DNA of 64,000 nucleotides from Armatimonadota bacterium (lineage in GTDB: Bacteria; Vulcanimicrobiota; JACPDS01; JBDRKI01), in the NCBI GenBank assembly GCA_043814095.1, contig JBDRKI010000036.1, positions 42,093-106,092 of the forward strand, given 5' to 3'. The first letter of the stretch is position 1. Each line of letters begins with the position of its first letter. Under the pieces are notes generated by a model that did not search any database, was not told where the DNA came from, and worked only from the letters and a program-made list of their open reading frames with translations. The position numbers and the translations under genes were made by a program. Shown piece by piece: positions 9,671 through 19,814 of the stretch.

Positions 9671-10210
9671 ATGAAAAAAAATCTTGATTTAAACGGAATT
9701 TTTAATACGGAAGATATAACCCAGAAGCTGGTTAACCATATTAATATAGATGGTAAATCTTATGATATAAGCGGTCTTACAATGGAAGAAAGAGCCAGCC
9801 TGCGTACTTATCTGGATAAATTCTGCAGCCTTAAAGATGGTTTTTTACTCCCTTTAGAGCAGAGAGAGATAAGAAAGGAAGACTTAGCGTTATATGTTAA
9901 GCCCCTTAAAGAAAAATTATCTCTTGCAGTAAATACGAAGGATCCGGGTGAGCTGGAAACACTGTCTAATGACGGAAGTACAGATAAAAATGGCAGGCAG
10001 GTTGTTAAAATAAAAGTTATATCTAATCAATGTACACCGCCTGAGGTTTTAACAGAGCTTTCTTTCCAGCTTGATAGAGATATAGTTCTGGCTCTGGCGG
10101 GGAATGAGAATACCCCCGGTGAAGTATTGGCTCGTCTGCATAAACTATATATATATAATGAACAGATTAAAAATATGATTGAAAATAATCCAAATTACAA
10201 AAAGAGGTAA
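9671..10210 (+). CDS. hypothetical protein with leucine-rich-repeat-variant (LRV)-like repeats
   Basis: 179 aa. The C-terminal part has CTPPEVLTELSFQLDRDIVLALAGNENTPGEVLARL, resembling LRV repeats. No clear SD. Ends 5 nt before the KamA-like gene. Confidence 0.5.
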   Translation: MKKNLDLNGIFNTEDITQKLVNHINIDGKSYDISGLTMEERASLRTYLDKFCSLKDGFLLPLEQREIRKEDLALYVKPLKEKLSLAVNTKDPGELETLSNDGSTDKNGRQVVKIKVISNQCTPPEVLTELSFQLDRDIVLALAGNENTPGEVLARLHKLYIYNEQIKNMIENNPNYKKR

Positions 10211-10215
10211 GAAAT

Positions 10216-12042
10216 ATGCAGGATACTTACAAAAGCAACAGGCTTATTACACAGGAAGACATAAAGAAAATGTGGAGAGCTAACCCGCAGTTCCGTAAGC
10301 TGTTAAAGAGAAGTAAAACTCTTGAAGATGCAAGGCAGAAAATCCGCGTCTATATAAATGAATGTCTGGAATATCTGTTTTCAACCGAGTGCCACCTCCA
10401 TACTATGGAAAAAGTAAATGCAAGAGAATGCGCGAGGGCTCTTAGAAATATAACCTCGCCTATAAGCGAGAAAAGAACGGGATTCAGCTCCCTGGAAGTT
10501 TTATGGAAGATTGCAAGAGGAAAACAGGATGAGATAAAAGATGAAATAAAGCTGGGATTTGTAAAAGAGTTTGAACATTTATTTAAAGGTCTTATCGGCA
10601 AATCAGGCATATATGATGAAGAAAGCGATATAGATAAAGCTCTTGCTCATGCTCAAGGAAGGGATGCCGCAGTTATCCGCTCTAAGATTCTTGATAAAAT
10701 GTCGGCCAATATTCAGAAGTATATAAAAAAATATCCTTCAGGTCTTAAATCAGCTATTGTTAAAAATAGAAAAGAAAACGTAAAAAGAATATGTGAATAT
10801 TTCGGCGCGTCTGAAGCAGACTGGAATGACTACAAGTGGCAGCTGAAACATGTTGTAAAAGACGCGGAGATTTTATCTAAATTAATAGACCTTACTCCCG
10901 AAGAAGAAAAAGCGGTAAGGCTTGCCAAAGAATATAAAATTCCGTTCGGCATTACCCCTTATTATATCTCTCTTATGGATAAAGATACTTCAAGAAAATA
11001 TGATCATGCTGTAAGGGCGCAGGTTATACCCCCCCTTTATTATGTTGAAAGAATGAAGATGAACAGGGAAGACAGGAAAGAAGAACTGGATTTTATGGGC
11101 GAAGCCGACACATCCCCGATTGACCTTGTAACAAGAAGATATCCCCAGATAGCCATCTTTAAACCTTATAATACATGCGCGCAGATATGCGTATACTGCC
11201 AGAGAAACTGGGAGATAGATGAATGCATGTCTCCTCAGGCACTATGCTCGCGCGAGCAGATGGAAAAAGCGATAGAATGGTTCAGAACCCATCCCAGGGT
11301 TACGGAAGTTTTGATAACGGGCGGGGACCCTCTTGTTATGCAGGATGAATTAATTGATGAAATTTTAAGCAAGTTCGCGAAGATAAAGCACATAGAAAGA
11401 ATACGTATAGGCAGCCGCGCGCCTGTCGTACTTCCGATGAGGTTTACAAAAAACCTTATTAATATTATGAAAAAGCACAATAAAACGGGAAAAAGGGAAG
11501 TATGCCTTGTTACTCATTTTGAACATCCCTATGAGGTAACACCCGAGAGCGGCAAAGCCTGTTTAAAAGTTAAAAAAGCGGGGTTAAGCATATATAACCA
11601 GCAGGTATTTACCCTTGAGAACTGCAGGAAATTTGAGACAGTTGCACTCCGCAAATCCCTGCGCTCTATAGGCGTTGATCCATACTATACTTTCAATGCA
11701 AAAGGCAAAGAAGAAACGAGGCATTACAGGGTGCCTATAGCAAGAATCCTTCAGGAGAGAAAAGAAGGAGCCCGCCTAGTTTCAGGCCTGGTAAGGACCG
11801 ATGAGCCTGTATTTAATATACCGAAACTGGGCAAGAATCATTTAAGAGCTCTCCAGGACCATAAAGTTATAATGATAAAACCCAGCGGGGCAAGAGTTTA
11901 TGAATTTCACCCATGGGAGAAGAATATAACTTTAACTTCATCTTATGATTATGAAGATATTCCCATAATTGAATTTTTAGAAGAGATGGAAAAAAGGGGA
12001 GAAAAGGTTAAGGATTATAAAACTATATGGTACTATTTTTAA
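10216..12042 (+). CDS. KamA-family (lysine 2,3-aminomutase-like) radical SAM protein with long N-terminal extension
   Basis: 608 aa. Radical SAM CxxxCxxC motif (CAQICVYCQRNW) at about residue 320. KamA-like blocks ITGGDPLV, RIGSRAPVVLP, NIPKLGKNHL. AGAGGT RBS. Confidence 0.82.
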   Translation: MQDTYKSNRLITQEDIKKMWRANPQFRKLLKRSKTLEDARQKIRVYINECLEYLFSTECHLHTMEKVNARECARALRNITSPISEKRTGFSSLEVLWKIARGKQDEIKDEIKLGFVKEFEHLFKGLIGKSGIYDEESDIDKALAHAQGRDAAVIRSKILDKMSANIQKYIKKYPSGLKSAIVKNRKENVKRICEYFGASEADWNDYKWQLKHVVKDAEILSKLIDLTPEEEKAVRLAKEYKIPFGITPYYISLMDKDTSRKYDHAVRAQVIPPLYYVERMKMNREDRKEELDFMGEADTSPIDLVTRRYPQIAIFKPYNTCAQICVYCQRNWEIDECMSPQALCSREQMEKAIEWFRTHPRVTEVLITGGDPLVMQDELIDEILSKFAKIKHIERIRIGSRAPVVLPMRFTKNLINIMKKHNKTGKREVCLVTHFEHPYEVTPESGKACLKVKKAGLSIYNQQVFTLENCRKFETVALRKSLRSIGVDPYYTFNAKGKEETRHYRVPIARILQERKEGARLVSGLVRTDEPVFNIPKLGKNHLRALQDHKVIMIKPSGARVYEFHPWEKNITLTSSYDYEDIPIIEFLEEMEKRGEKVKDYKTIWYYF

Positions 12043-12147
12043 TATAAAAATAATAAATTTTAAAGGAAAAATAAAAAAAAATAGAGAACTTATTATTAAA
12101 ATTAAATAACAATATTTTTTTAAATATCAATTAAGGGGGTATTCTCC

Positions 12148-14286
12148 GTGAAAAAAAATATTTTACTATGGCTGATTGTTCTATTTGTTTTTTCCGGTAT
12201 GGTTTTTTCCATTAACGGATGTGCAGGGATTGCAAGTACTGTTTTAACAGCTTCAGGTACAACAGGGGGGAGCCTTTTATGCCGTGTTCTTGTACCTGTT
12301 GCCAGAGATAAAGCAGAAACCAGGGCGGGCTACCAACCCTTACAAGGAGCCCGGGTATCTGTTGTGGGTTTGAATAAATATGCTATAACTGATCATAATG
12401 GTGATGCTGTAATTAACGGTGTTCCCGGGGGAACATATAATGTTACCGTAGGCAAAGACGGTTATGAGACCCTCACCTATACGGGCGTTAGCGTTAATAA
12501 TACGGCAAGCACCAGAGTTGGATCTTCGAATGGTGTTGATATAACTACTTCATCTGATCCCGGCATTCTGGATTTAAGTTCTTCAAGCGGGCAGGTAGGT
12601 ACGCCCGTAACAATTACAGGTACTAATTTCGGGGCATCACAGGGAACCTCAACCGTAACATTTAACAGCACAGAAGCAACCGTAACCAGCTGGTCCAGCA
12701 CTTCTATAAGATGTACGGTACCCGGTGGTGCTACAACAGGAAATGTTATTGTTACGGTAGATTCTACTGCAAGTAATTCCGTAGCGTTTACAGTTTCTGA
12801 AGCTGGAGAAGCCGGTTCTCCCAGTATTACAAGCCTTACTCCGACAAGCGGGGAAGTAGGGGATTCAGTTACAATAGCCGGAGAGAATTTCGGTTCTTCC
12901 CAGGGCTCGTCAACTGTATCTTTTAACGGTACAGAGTCTACTTCCATAACAAGCTGGTCAGATACCCAGATTGTGTGTACCGTACCTACAGGCGCTACAA
13001 GCGGCAGTGTGTTTGTAACTGTAGATGGTACTTCTTCAAATGGTTCTACTTTCACTGTTGAAAGCGGTGGCGGGGGAAGTGTGACTCCTTGGGTGAAGTC
13101 ATGGGGCGCGGCAGGAGTTCATGAATATGCCAGAGCGGTTACAAGAGACAGCTCTAATAATGTTTATGTAACAGGAGATGTTGGGGGGCAGATATTAACT
13201 ATAAAATATGATAGCTCAGGCGATATTACCTGGAAAAAGAAATATACGGGTGCCGGCACAAGCAATATAGGCTACGGCATAGCTGTTGATTCTTCAGGTA
13301 ATGTATATGTAACCGGGAGATTTGAAAGCGAGTTAATTCTTATAAAATATGATAGTGACGGAGATGTTGACTGGGCTAAGAAGTGGGGAGGAGCAAGTAC
13401 CGATATCGGTTTCGGAGTTGCTCTTGATAGTTCCGGTAATATTTATGTTGTCGGTAAATATTACTACAGTGTGGCAAGCAAGAATTATCTGGCACTTTTA
13501 AAATTTAATTCAGACGGAGATCTTTCATTTGCCAAAGTCTGGAAGGATAAAATAGGTACTAGTAATGTAGCTATAGATATAGATGGCTCTGATAATATCT
13601 ATATAGCCGCAGATACGCAGGCATTTTCTGTCTGGACGGATATTCTTCTTTTAAAGTGTAACACCGATGGTGATCTCGATATGCAGAAAACCTGGAGCTC
13701 TTCAGTTGAGGGTCTTGGTTTCGGCAATGCTATAGCGGCAGATTCTTCAGGTAATGTTTATGTTGTCGGGACCTCAAATGGCGCGGAAGGAAACCCGTTT
13801 GCGGGGGTGCTCGTGAAATTTACGGACGGTCTCGATAATTACGGCGGAAGTGTTGCCTGGGATGTTAACGGTACATCTGAGAGATTTAACGGAGTAGATG
13901 TAGATGGTTCCGGATATGTTTATACCGTAGGATACATTGATAATTATACTACGGCTTGTTATGTAAAATACAGCAGTGCCGGAGCGGTACTGGCAGAAAG
14001 CGCTTGGGGTGGTTCACGTGATGATAATTTTGATGCAGTGGAAGTAGACAGTTCAGGCAACATGTTTATTGCCGGTTATACAAAAAGCGCAGCTCCGGGC
14101 TGGATAGGGGTTACAAAATCTACGCCTGCTATTGTGGGCGAGGTAACAGTAAGAGCTACCGACTGGGGTGCTGCAGCAGGAGCTAGTTTAGCTCCGGGCG
14201 CCGGTGAGAGCAGTATTCCCGACGGTTCTACGGGTTATCCTTCGGATAATTATGCTAATACTGTTACTGCGGTAGTTACTCCTTAA
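12148..14286 (+). CDS. surface lipoprotein: CarboxypepD_reg-like domain + 2 IPT/TIG domains + SBBP beta-propeller repeats
   Basis: GTG start after AAGGGGG. N-terminus MKKNILLWLIVLFVFSGMVFSINGC (lipobox). Two IPT-like units (GxxVTIxGxNFGxSQGxSTVxFNxTE..TSWSxTxIxCTVPxGATxGxV). Repeated D(S/G)SGNVYV(T/V)G SBBP-type motifs. Confidence 0.78.
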   Translation: MKKNILLWLIVLFVFSGMVFSINGCAGIASTVLTASGTTGGSLLCRVLVPVARDKAETRAGYQPLQGARVSVVGLNKYAITDHNGDAVINGVPGGTYNVTVGKDGYETLTYTGVSVNNTASTRVGSSNGVDITTSSDPGILDLSSSSGQVGTPVTITGTNFGASQGTSTVTFNSTEATVTSWSSTSIRCTVPGGATTGNVIVTVDSTASNSVAFTVSEAGEAGSPSITSLTPTSGEVGDSVTIAGENFGSSQGSSTVSFNGTESTSITSWSDTQIVCTVPTGATSGSVFVTVDGTSSNGSTFTVESGGGGSVTPWVKSWGAAGVHEYARAVTRDSSNNVYVTGDVGGQILTIKYDSSGDITWKKKYTGAGTSNIGYGIAVDSSGNVYVTGRFESELILIKYDSDGDVDWAKKWGGASTDIGFGVALDSSGNIYVVGKYYYSVASKNYLALLKFNSDGDLSFAKVWKDKIGTSNVAIDIDGSDNIYIAADTQAFSVWTDILLLKCNTDGDLDMQKTWSSSVEGLGFGNAIAADSSGNVYVVGTSNGAEGNPFAGVLVKFTDGLDNYGGSVAWDVNGTSERFNGVDVDGSGYVYTVGYIDNYTTACYVKYSSAGAVLAESAWGGSRDDNFDAVEVDSSGNMFIAGYTKSAAPGWIGVTKSTPAIVGEVTVRATDWGAAAGASLAPGAGESSIPDGSTGYPSDNYANTVTAVVTP

Positions 14287-14310
14287 TAATATAAGGGAAT
14301 TATATATAAA

Positions 14311-14344
14311 GGGCGGTTTATTTCCTAATAAGCCGTCCTTTTAT
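14311..14344 (+). terminator. rho-independent terminator after the SBBP lipoprotein gene
   Basis: GGGCGGTTTATT-tcct-AATAAGCCGTCC (12-bp stem including two G-U pairs) followed by TTTTAT. Confidence 0.7.
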
Positions 14345-14447
14345 AATTATATATATTATAGGAAGAAAGTAGAAAAGAGCAGGTAAAAAGAAGGAATAAG
14401 AAAAAAGAAGGAAAAATTAATTCTACTTAAGAATATTTTGCCTGAAC

Positions 14448-14475
14448 TTGATTTTTTATTTTTAATATGTATAAT
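14448..14475 (+). promoter_or_regulatory. candidate sigma-70-type promoter of the hydrogenase operon
   Basis: TTGATT (14448-14453), 16 nt spacer, TATAAT (14470-14475) preceded by TG. Lies about 60 nt upstream of the ATG at 14535. Confidence 0.4.
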
Positions 14476-14534
14476 AGTGATACTTGTCTTTTTTTAAGTA
14501 TTAATAATATATTAATTAGGAGAAAGGTAGAATT

Positions 14535-15980
14535 ATGAACACACAAGCTTTAATTTTACTGATTGTCTTTATTCCAGTCCTCGGTTCACTTATTCTTCCC
14601 CTTCTTGGCAGACTCTCACCCCGTCTCAGAAACATATGCAGCTTGATCTTTGTATCGGCTTCATTCGTGTTCTCGCTTATGCTGATCCCCCACATTAACG
14701 CCGGTGAACCTGCAACAATAAGGTTCAATTTTTTATTCGGGCAGGAGCTTTTCCATGCCGATAAGCTGGCAATTTTTATGGCGCTTGTATCAACACTGGT
14801 AGGCGCCATTATTGTTCTGTATTCATTCGGGTATATTAATCCTTATAAGAACCAGAATGAATACTACTTTATGGTTGTGCTCTTCTTGGGTTCAATGATG
14901 GGAATAGTTTTCTCGTCAAACCTAATAATTCTCTTCCTTTTCTGGGAGATAACAGCCATAGCATGCTGGAGGCTGATAGGTTTCTTCAGGACTCCCAATG
15001 ATGTTGTAAGAGCCGATAAAGCGTTCCTGGTAACAGTATTTGGTGCTCTTGTCATGTTATTGGGCTTTTTTGTGGTATACCAGCAGACAGGCACATTTGA
15101 TCTTCTGGCCATAAAACAGCATCTTTTAAACGGCCATATTTCAAATTTAGCTATTTTCCTTATACTCTTCGGTATATTATCTAAGTCAGCTACACTGCCT
15201 CTGCATACATGGCTGCCTGACGCAGGTGTCGCGCCGTCACCGGTAACGGCATTGCTGCACGCCGCTGTTCTTGTTAAGATCGGCGTTTATGTGTTTGCAA
15301 GATTGTTTGTAATGACTATACCGATAGAAGTTATGTGGCATGAAATTGTGCCGTGGATAGCCGGTATAAGCGCTATTGTTGCGGCAGGCGCGGCTTTAAT
15401 AGATACCGATATGAAAAGAATCATTGCTTATTCAACAATAAGCCAGATAGGATACATCTTTTTAGGGCTTGCGATAGGAAATCCCATAGGAATTGCAGGC
15501 GGGCTTCTATATATATTAATGCACGGTCTTGCAAAAGGAGGCCTCTTCTTATGCGCGGGCATTGTTGAACAGAAAACCCATGTAAAAGATATAACAAAAC
15601 TGGGCGGACTTATAACGGTTATGCCCATAACCGCCATATCGTTCCTTTTCTGTGCGTTATCGGTAATGGGAATACCGCCTTTCGGAGGATTCTTCAGTAA
15701 ATATATGGTTATTACAAGCGCGGCAAACGCTAAGGATTTATTCATAGCTCTTACGTTTGTTGTCGGCGCCTTTTTAACTATTATATACCTCTTCCGCCTG
15801 TTTAATTCAATATTTATGGGAGATATAAAAGTGAAATCGGAAAAAGAAGGCACCCCGGGTATGGTTTTCAGCGTGGCGGCACTGGCAGTGCTCTCACTGC
15901 TTGCGGGCGTCTTTATAAATTATTCTTCAGACTTTGTTCAGTCAATAGTGAATGAAGTTTCTAAGGTGGTGTTAAGATGA
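14535..15980 (+). CDS. hydrogenase membrane subunit, antiporter-like (NuoN/NuoM/MrpD family)
   Basis: 481 aa polytopic. Typical proton-pumping subunit blocks (..LHTWLPDAGVAPSPVTALLHAA.., ..IIAYSTISQIGYI..). Confidence 0.85.
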   Translation: MNTQALILLIVFIPVLGSLILPLLGRLSPRLRNICSLIFVSASFVFSLMLIPHINAGEPATIRFNFLFGQELFHADKLAIFMALVSTLVGAIIVLYSFGYINPYKNQNEYYFMVVLFLGSMMGIVFSSNLIILFLFWEITAIACWRLIGFFRTPNDVVRADKAFLVTVFGALVMLLGFFVVYQQTGTFDLLAIKQHLLNGHISNLAIFLILFGILSKSATLPLHTWLPDAGVAPSPVTALLHAAVLVKIGVYVFARLFVMTIPIEVMWHEIVPWIAGISAIVAAGAALIDTDMKRIIAYSTISQIGYIFLGLAIGNPIGIAGGLLYILMHGLAKGGLFLCAGIVEQKTHVKDITKLGGLITVMPITAISFLFCALSVMGIPPFGGFFSKYMVITSAANAKDLFIALTFVVGAFLTIIYLFRLFNSIFMGDIKVKSEKEGTPGMVFSVAALAVLSLLAGVFINYSSDFVQSIVNEVSKVVLR

Positions 15981-17821
15981 GCTCAAGCATTTTACTATAT
16001 CTTATATTATTACCTGTAATAGCGGCTGTTGCTGTTCTTCTTTTAAATAAGGTTAAATATATAAAAGAAGCGATAGCCCTTATTGTAACAGCTGCTGTTT
16101 TAGCCGCAGTGATAATGATCTTTAACAAAGATATGACGCATTGTGTACGCTGGTGCGGTTTCGGGCTGGAGATGTCGCTGCGTAATTACAATTTCAGCAG
16201 TTTTATAATGCTCTTCGGCGCGGGATTCGCGTTTCTTATAGCTCTGTATTCACTTACATTTATGAAGGGGAAAGAGTACCTTAACCAGTTTTACGCGTAC
16301 CTTCTCATAACACTCGGCTTTTTTAACGGGGCTGTATTATCAAATAACCTGGGTTCGCTTGTGTTTTTCTGGGAAGGACTGCTTATAGTGATATTTGGTT
16401 TTATCGTTATAGGCGGCAAACTTTCCTTTAAAACAGCGGTTAAGGCATTTATCATATCCGGTGTAGCGGATATATGCTTCATACTGGGCATAGGTCTTAC
16501 ATATTATATTGCCAAAACCCTTACAATCTCAGATATACATATGCAGATTACCACATTAAGCAGTATAGCGTTTATCTTCCTTATAATAGGCGCTGTCGCA
16601 AAATCAGGAGCTATGCCTTTCCACAGCTGGATACCCGATGCGGCCCTCGATGCTCCTCTGCCTTTTATGGCATTTATGCCCGCTTCATTGGACAAGCTTC
16701 TGGGCATATATTTCTTAACAAGAATAGTTATGGATATTTACCAGCTTAATCCTCACACATGGCTAAGCACGGTACTTATGATTGTGGGCGCTGTTACAAT
16801 TATACTTGCCGTTATGATGGCTCTGGTACAGAAGGATTATAAACGCCTTCTTTCATATCACGCCATCAGCCAGGCAGGCTACATGGTGCTCGGTATAGGT
16901 ACATGCCTGCCTGTCGGTATTATCGGCGGTATATTCCATATGGTAAATAATGCATTATATAAATGCGGGTTGTTCTTAACAGGCGGCGCTGTTGAAAAAC
17001 AGACCGGCACAACCGACCTTAAGAAGCTCGGCGGTCTCGCAAAGTTCATGCCGATAACATGTATATGCTTCCTTATAACAGCGTTCTCAATATCCGGGTT
17101 CCCGGGAACCAACGGATTTTTCTCTAAAGAGCTGGTATATGAAGCCGCTCTGGATAGAGGATGGATATATTACGCGGCGGCGCTTGTGGGAACTTTCTTA
17201 ACAGCTGCGTCATTTTTAAAGCTCGGTCATGCGGCTTATTATGGTAAAGCCACGGCAGAAACAAAAAAAGCAAAAGAAGTAAACTGGACAATGAGCGTGC
17301 CCATGCTGGTAATAGCGGCGGTTTGTTTACTGTTCGGTCTTTACAACGCGCTCCCGATAAGGGATATGATCCAGCCCATACTGGGAGAGGCCATGCTCCA
17401 CGGACATAATTACGGAGGGATGCCTACAAGCTGGTTTCTGGTCGGTATGACTGTTATTGCTCTCGGGGCAGCGGTCATAAACCATATTTACGGCGTAAAG
17501 AAATCAGGATCGGGGCTCGGCGCTTCAGATCATATACATAACGCGCCTATTCTTTCCGGTATTTACGCTAAAGCGGAAAAAAGATATTTTGACCCTTACG
17601 ATATAGGGCTTAAGATAGTTGATGTTATAGCGAATATATCCTGGTATATAGACAGAGCTATAGACTGGATATACGAGAAACTTGCGGTAACGGTAACTTT
17701 TTCGTTATCGCATCTTGTGAGAAGATTTCAGACAGGCAACTATACCGCGTATCTTTTATGGTGTATAGCGGGAGTTATAGTTGTTGTCTGGGCATTTTTT
17801 AGAATGACTTATAATATATAA
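15977..17821 (+). CDS. hydrogenase membrane subunit, NuoL/MrpA-like (long antiporter-like subunit)
   Basis: 614 aa. ATGA stop/start overlap with the previous gene. Blocks HSWIPDAALDAPLPFMAF and LLSYHAISQAGYM. The C-terminal extension has a long amphipathic segment plus a terminal TM helix. Confidence 0.85.
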   Translation: MSSSILLYLILLPVIAAVAVLLLNKVKYIKEAIALIVTAAVLAAVIMIFNKDMTHCVRWCGFGLEMSLRNYNFSSFIMLFGAGFAFLIALYSLTFMKGKEYLNQFYAYLLITLGFFNGAVLSNNLGSLVFFWEGLLIVIFGFIVIGGKLSFKTAVKAFIISGVADICFILGIGLTYYIAKTLTISDIHMQITTLSSIAFIFLIIGAVAKSGAMPFHSWIPDAALDAPLPFMAFMPASLDKLLGIYFLTRIVMDIYQLNPHTWLSTVLMIVGAVTIILAVMMALVQKDYKRLLSYHAISQAGYMVLGIGTCLPVGIIGGIFHMVNNALYKCGLFLTGGAVEKQTGTTDLKKLGGLAKFMPITCICFLITAFSISGFPGTNGFFSKELVYEAALDRGWIYYAAALVGTFLTAASFLKLGHAAYYGKATAETKKAKEVNWTMSVPMLVIAAVCLLFGLYNALPIRDMIQPILGEAMLHGHNYGGMPTSWFLVGMTVIALGAAVINHIYGVKKSGSGLGASDHIHNAPILSGIYAKAEKRYFDPYDIGLKIVDVIANISWYIDRAIDWIYEKLAVTVTFSLSHLVRRFQTGNYTAYLLWCIAGVIVVVWAFFRMTYNI

Positions 17822-17839
17822 GAAGAGAGGTTGCGGATT

Positions 17840-19267
17840 ATGGCTTGTTTACTTGTTTTAATACCGTTAGCAGTTATAATACTTCTAAACCTGTTCTTTA
17901 GAAACGTGAAAAAACTCGGCCTTCTTATGGCGGCCCTGGTTTCTTTAGCGCAGATAGCTGCTGTTTTATTTGTAAGTCCGTATTTCTGGTTTGCAAAGAA
18001 GCTGTGCATCTTCGGTAACAGTTCGATGTTTAATTTTAGTATAACAGGATTAAGTCTTGTTATGATGTTGGCCGCGGGTATAACCGCGTTTGCCGCGGTT
18101 ATGGTCGGCATGTATACTATAAAAGATGAGGAACAGCAGTTCAGTTTTTCAAATCTTGTGATTCTCGCTGTTATAGGCATGAACGGGATTGTAATGGTTA
18201 CTGATCTTTTCTCAATGTATGTATTTCTTGAGATAGTTGCGGTAACTTCATTTATCCTTATAGCCCTTAACAGGAATGTAGAGTCGCTTGAAGGCTCGTT
18301 TAAATACCTTGTTCTTTCGGCTATAGCCACAATATTGATGCTTGCGGGTATTGCACTGCTCTTCTTAATATCTGGCGGTACTTCATTTATAGCCGTAAAG
18401 CAGGCGTTGTATACGGGCGGTCTTAATAAGATGGCCGCGTTTGCCATATGTCTTTTCCTTGGCGGCTTGTTTATAAAGGGCGGGCTTGTCCCGTTCCACG
18501 GATGGCTGCCTGACGCGTATTCAAGCGCGCCGACATCAGTATCCGTGCTTTTAGCCGGTATAGTTACCAAGACAACGGGCATATATACTATTATAATATT
18601 GTTAACTTCGGTATTTGTCTTTAATAAACCGATACAGGATATACTTTTATTGATAGGTGCGGTCTCTGTTGTTTTTGGAGCCCTGGCCGCCATTACCCAG
18701 AAAGATTTCAAAAGAATGCTCGCGTATTCAAGCATAAGCCAGGTCGGCTATATAATTTTAAGTTTAGGAACAGGTACCGCGCTGGGATTTGCGGGTGCGG
18801 TATTCCATATGTTTAATCATGCTATATTTAAATCACAGCTGTTTGTAAATTCAGCGGCTGTTGAAGAGCAGGCAGGCACGGTAGATATAGATAAGATGGG
18901 CGGGTTCGGGCAGAAGATGCCCATTACCGGCTTTACATCCGTTATAGCCTGTCTTTCAACTGCGGGTATACCGCCTTTGGCCGGATTCTGGTCCAAGCTT
19001 GTTATAATCCTTGCTTTATGGACTTCAGGCCATTTTTTCTATACCGCTGTCGCGGTTATAGCAAGTTTAATAACGCTTGGATATTTTCTGGTGCTCCAGA
19101 GGCATGTTTTTTTCGGGAAGCTCCGTGAAGGTTTTGAGAACTTAAAGGAAGCCCCCTACGGAATAGCTCTGGCTGCGCTTCTTCTTACGGGCATAACTAT
19201 CGGGATAGGCGTACTTTTCCCGTTTGTTGTAAATACTATTATACTGCCGATAAGCAAAATAATGTAA
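17840..19267 (+). CDS. hydrogenase membrane subunit, antiporter-like (NuoM/MrpD family)
   Basis: The track ORF starts at TTG 17831. ATG at 17840 follows GAGAGG. Blocks HGWLPDAYSSAPTSVSVLLAG and MLAYSSISQVGYI. Confidence 0.85.
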   Translation: MACLLVLIPLAVIILLNLFFRNVKKLGLLMAALVSLAQIAAVLFVSPYFWFAKKLCIFGNSSMFNFSITGLSLVMMLAAGITAFAAVMVGMYTIKDEEQQFSFSNLVILAVIGMNGIVMVTDLFSMYVFLEIVAVTSFILIALNRNVESLEGSFKYLVLSAIATILMLAGIALLFLISGGTSFIAVKQALYTGGLNKMAAFAICLFLGGLFIKGGLVPFHGWLPDAYSSAPTSVSVLLAGIVTKTTGIYTIIILLTSVFVFNKPIQDILLLIGAVSVVFGALAAITQKDFKRMLAYSSISQVGYIILSLGTGTALGFAGAVFHMFNHAIFKSQLFVNSAAVEEQAGTVDIDKMGGFGQKMPITGFTSVIACLSTAGIPPLAGFWSKLVIILALWTSGHFFYTAVAVIASLITLGYFLVLQRHVFFGKLREGFENLKEAPYGIALAALLLTGITIGIGVLFPFVVNTIILPISKIM

Positions 19268-19307
19268 AGATTGAGCCTCGTTTAAAAAATACAAGGAGGT
19301 TGTTAAG

Positions 19308-19814
19308 GTGATAAATATAAACGGAATAAATATAGACGCACTGCTTCTGGTGCTTATGGTCCTGGCTTCACTCTGGGCCGTAATGGCAAGAAGCCTGCTC
19401 AAAGCTGCTATCGCTCTTGCGGTAGTAAGCGCTCTTTTAACAATTGTAATGTTCAGGCTTAATTCGCCTCTGGCGGGTGTGTTTGAGCTTTCTATCTGCG
19501 CCGGCCTTATAACAGCGCTTTTTATAAGCGTTATAAGTTTGACAAACAGAACAACAGTTGCTGAGGAGATGGAGATTACAAAGAAGAGGATACGCAAATA
19601 CTGGCTGCTGCCCGTGCTTGTGGTAGTCGCGGGATTTCTTCTTGTTATGGTAAAGATTCCCTTTGATTTCACGCTCCCGGCACCCGCGCTGGATACAAAC
19701 GTAAAGCTTGTTTTCTGGAACCTGCGCCTTACCGATCTGCTCGGCCAGATAATAGCCCTGCTTGTCGGTGTTTTCGGCGTTGTAGTTCTTCTGAAGGAGG
19801 TAGTTAAGAAATGA
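19308..19814 (+). CDS. Mrp-type small membrane subunit (DUF4040/MnhB-like, MbhD/E-like)
   Basis: 168 aa, GTG start 7 nt after AAGGAGG. The first half resembles the MrpA C-terminal/DUF4040 segment (NSPLAGVFELSICAGL). The second half is MnhB-like (LRLTDLLGQIIALLVGVFG). Confidence 0.65.
   Translation: MININGINIDALLLVLMVLASLWAVMARSLLKAAIALAVVSALLTIVMFRLNSPLAGVFELSICAGLITALFISVISLTNRTTVAEEMEITKKRIRKYWLLPVLVVVAGFLLVMVKIPFDFTLPAPALDTNVKLVFWNLRLTDLLGQIIALLVGVFGVVVLLKEVVKK

Noticed and set aside
17809-18735. 308-aa minus-strand ORF in the track. Similar long antisense or out-of-frame ORFs include 873-1076, 2082-2390, 2837-4722 (series), 8367-9113, 12477-13055, 14516-14809, 15428-15853, 19142-19829, 20425-20763, 43544-44128, 47900-48259, 49690-51180 and 60965-61420.
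   Set aside because: Each lies entirely inside, and antisense or out of frame to, a gene with strong family motifs. Their translations are low-complexity (Ser/Ile/Phe/Arg-rich) with no RBS. These are typical shadow ORFs in AT-rich DNA.
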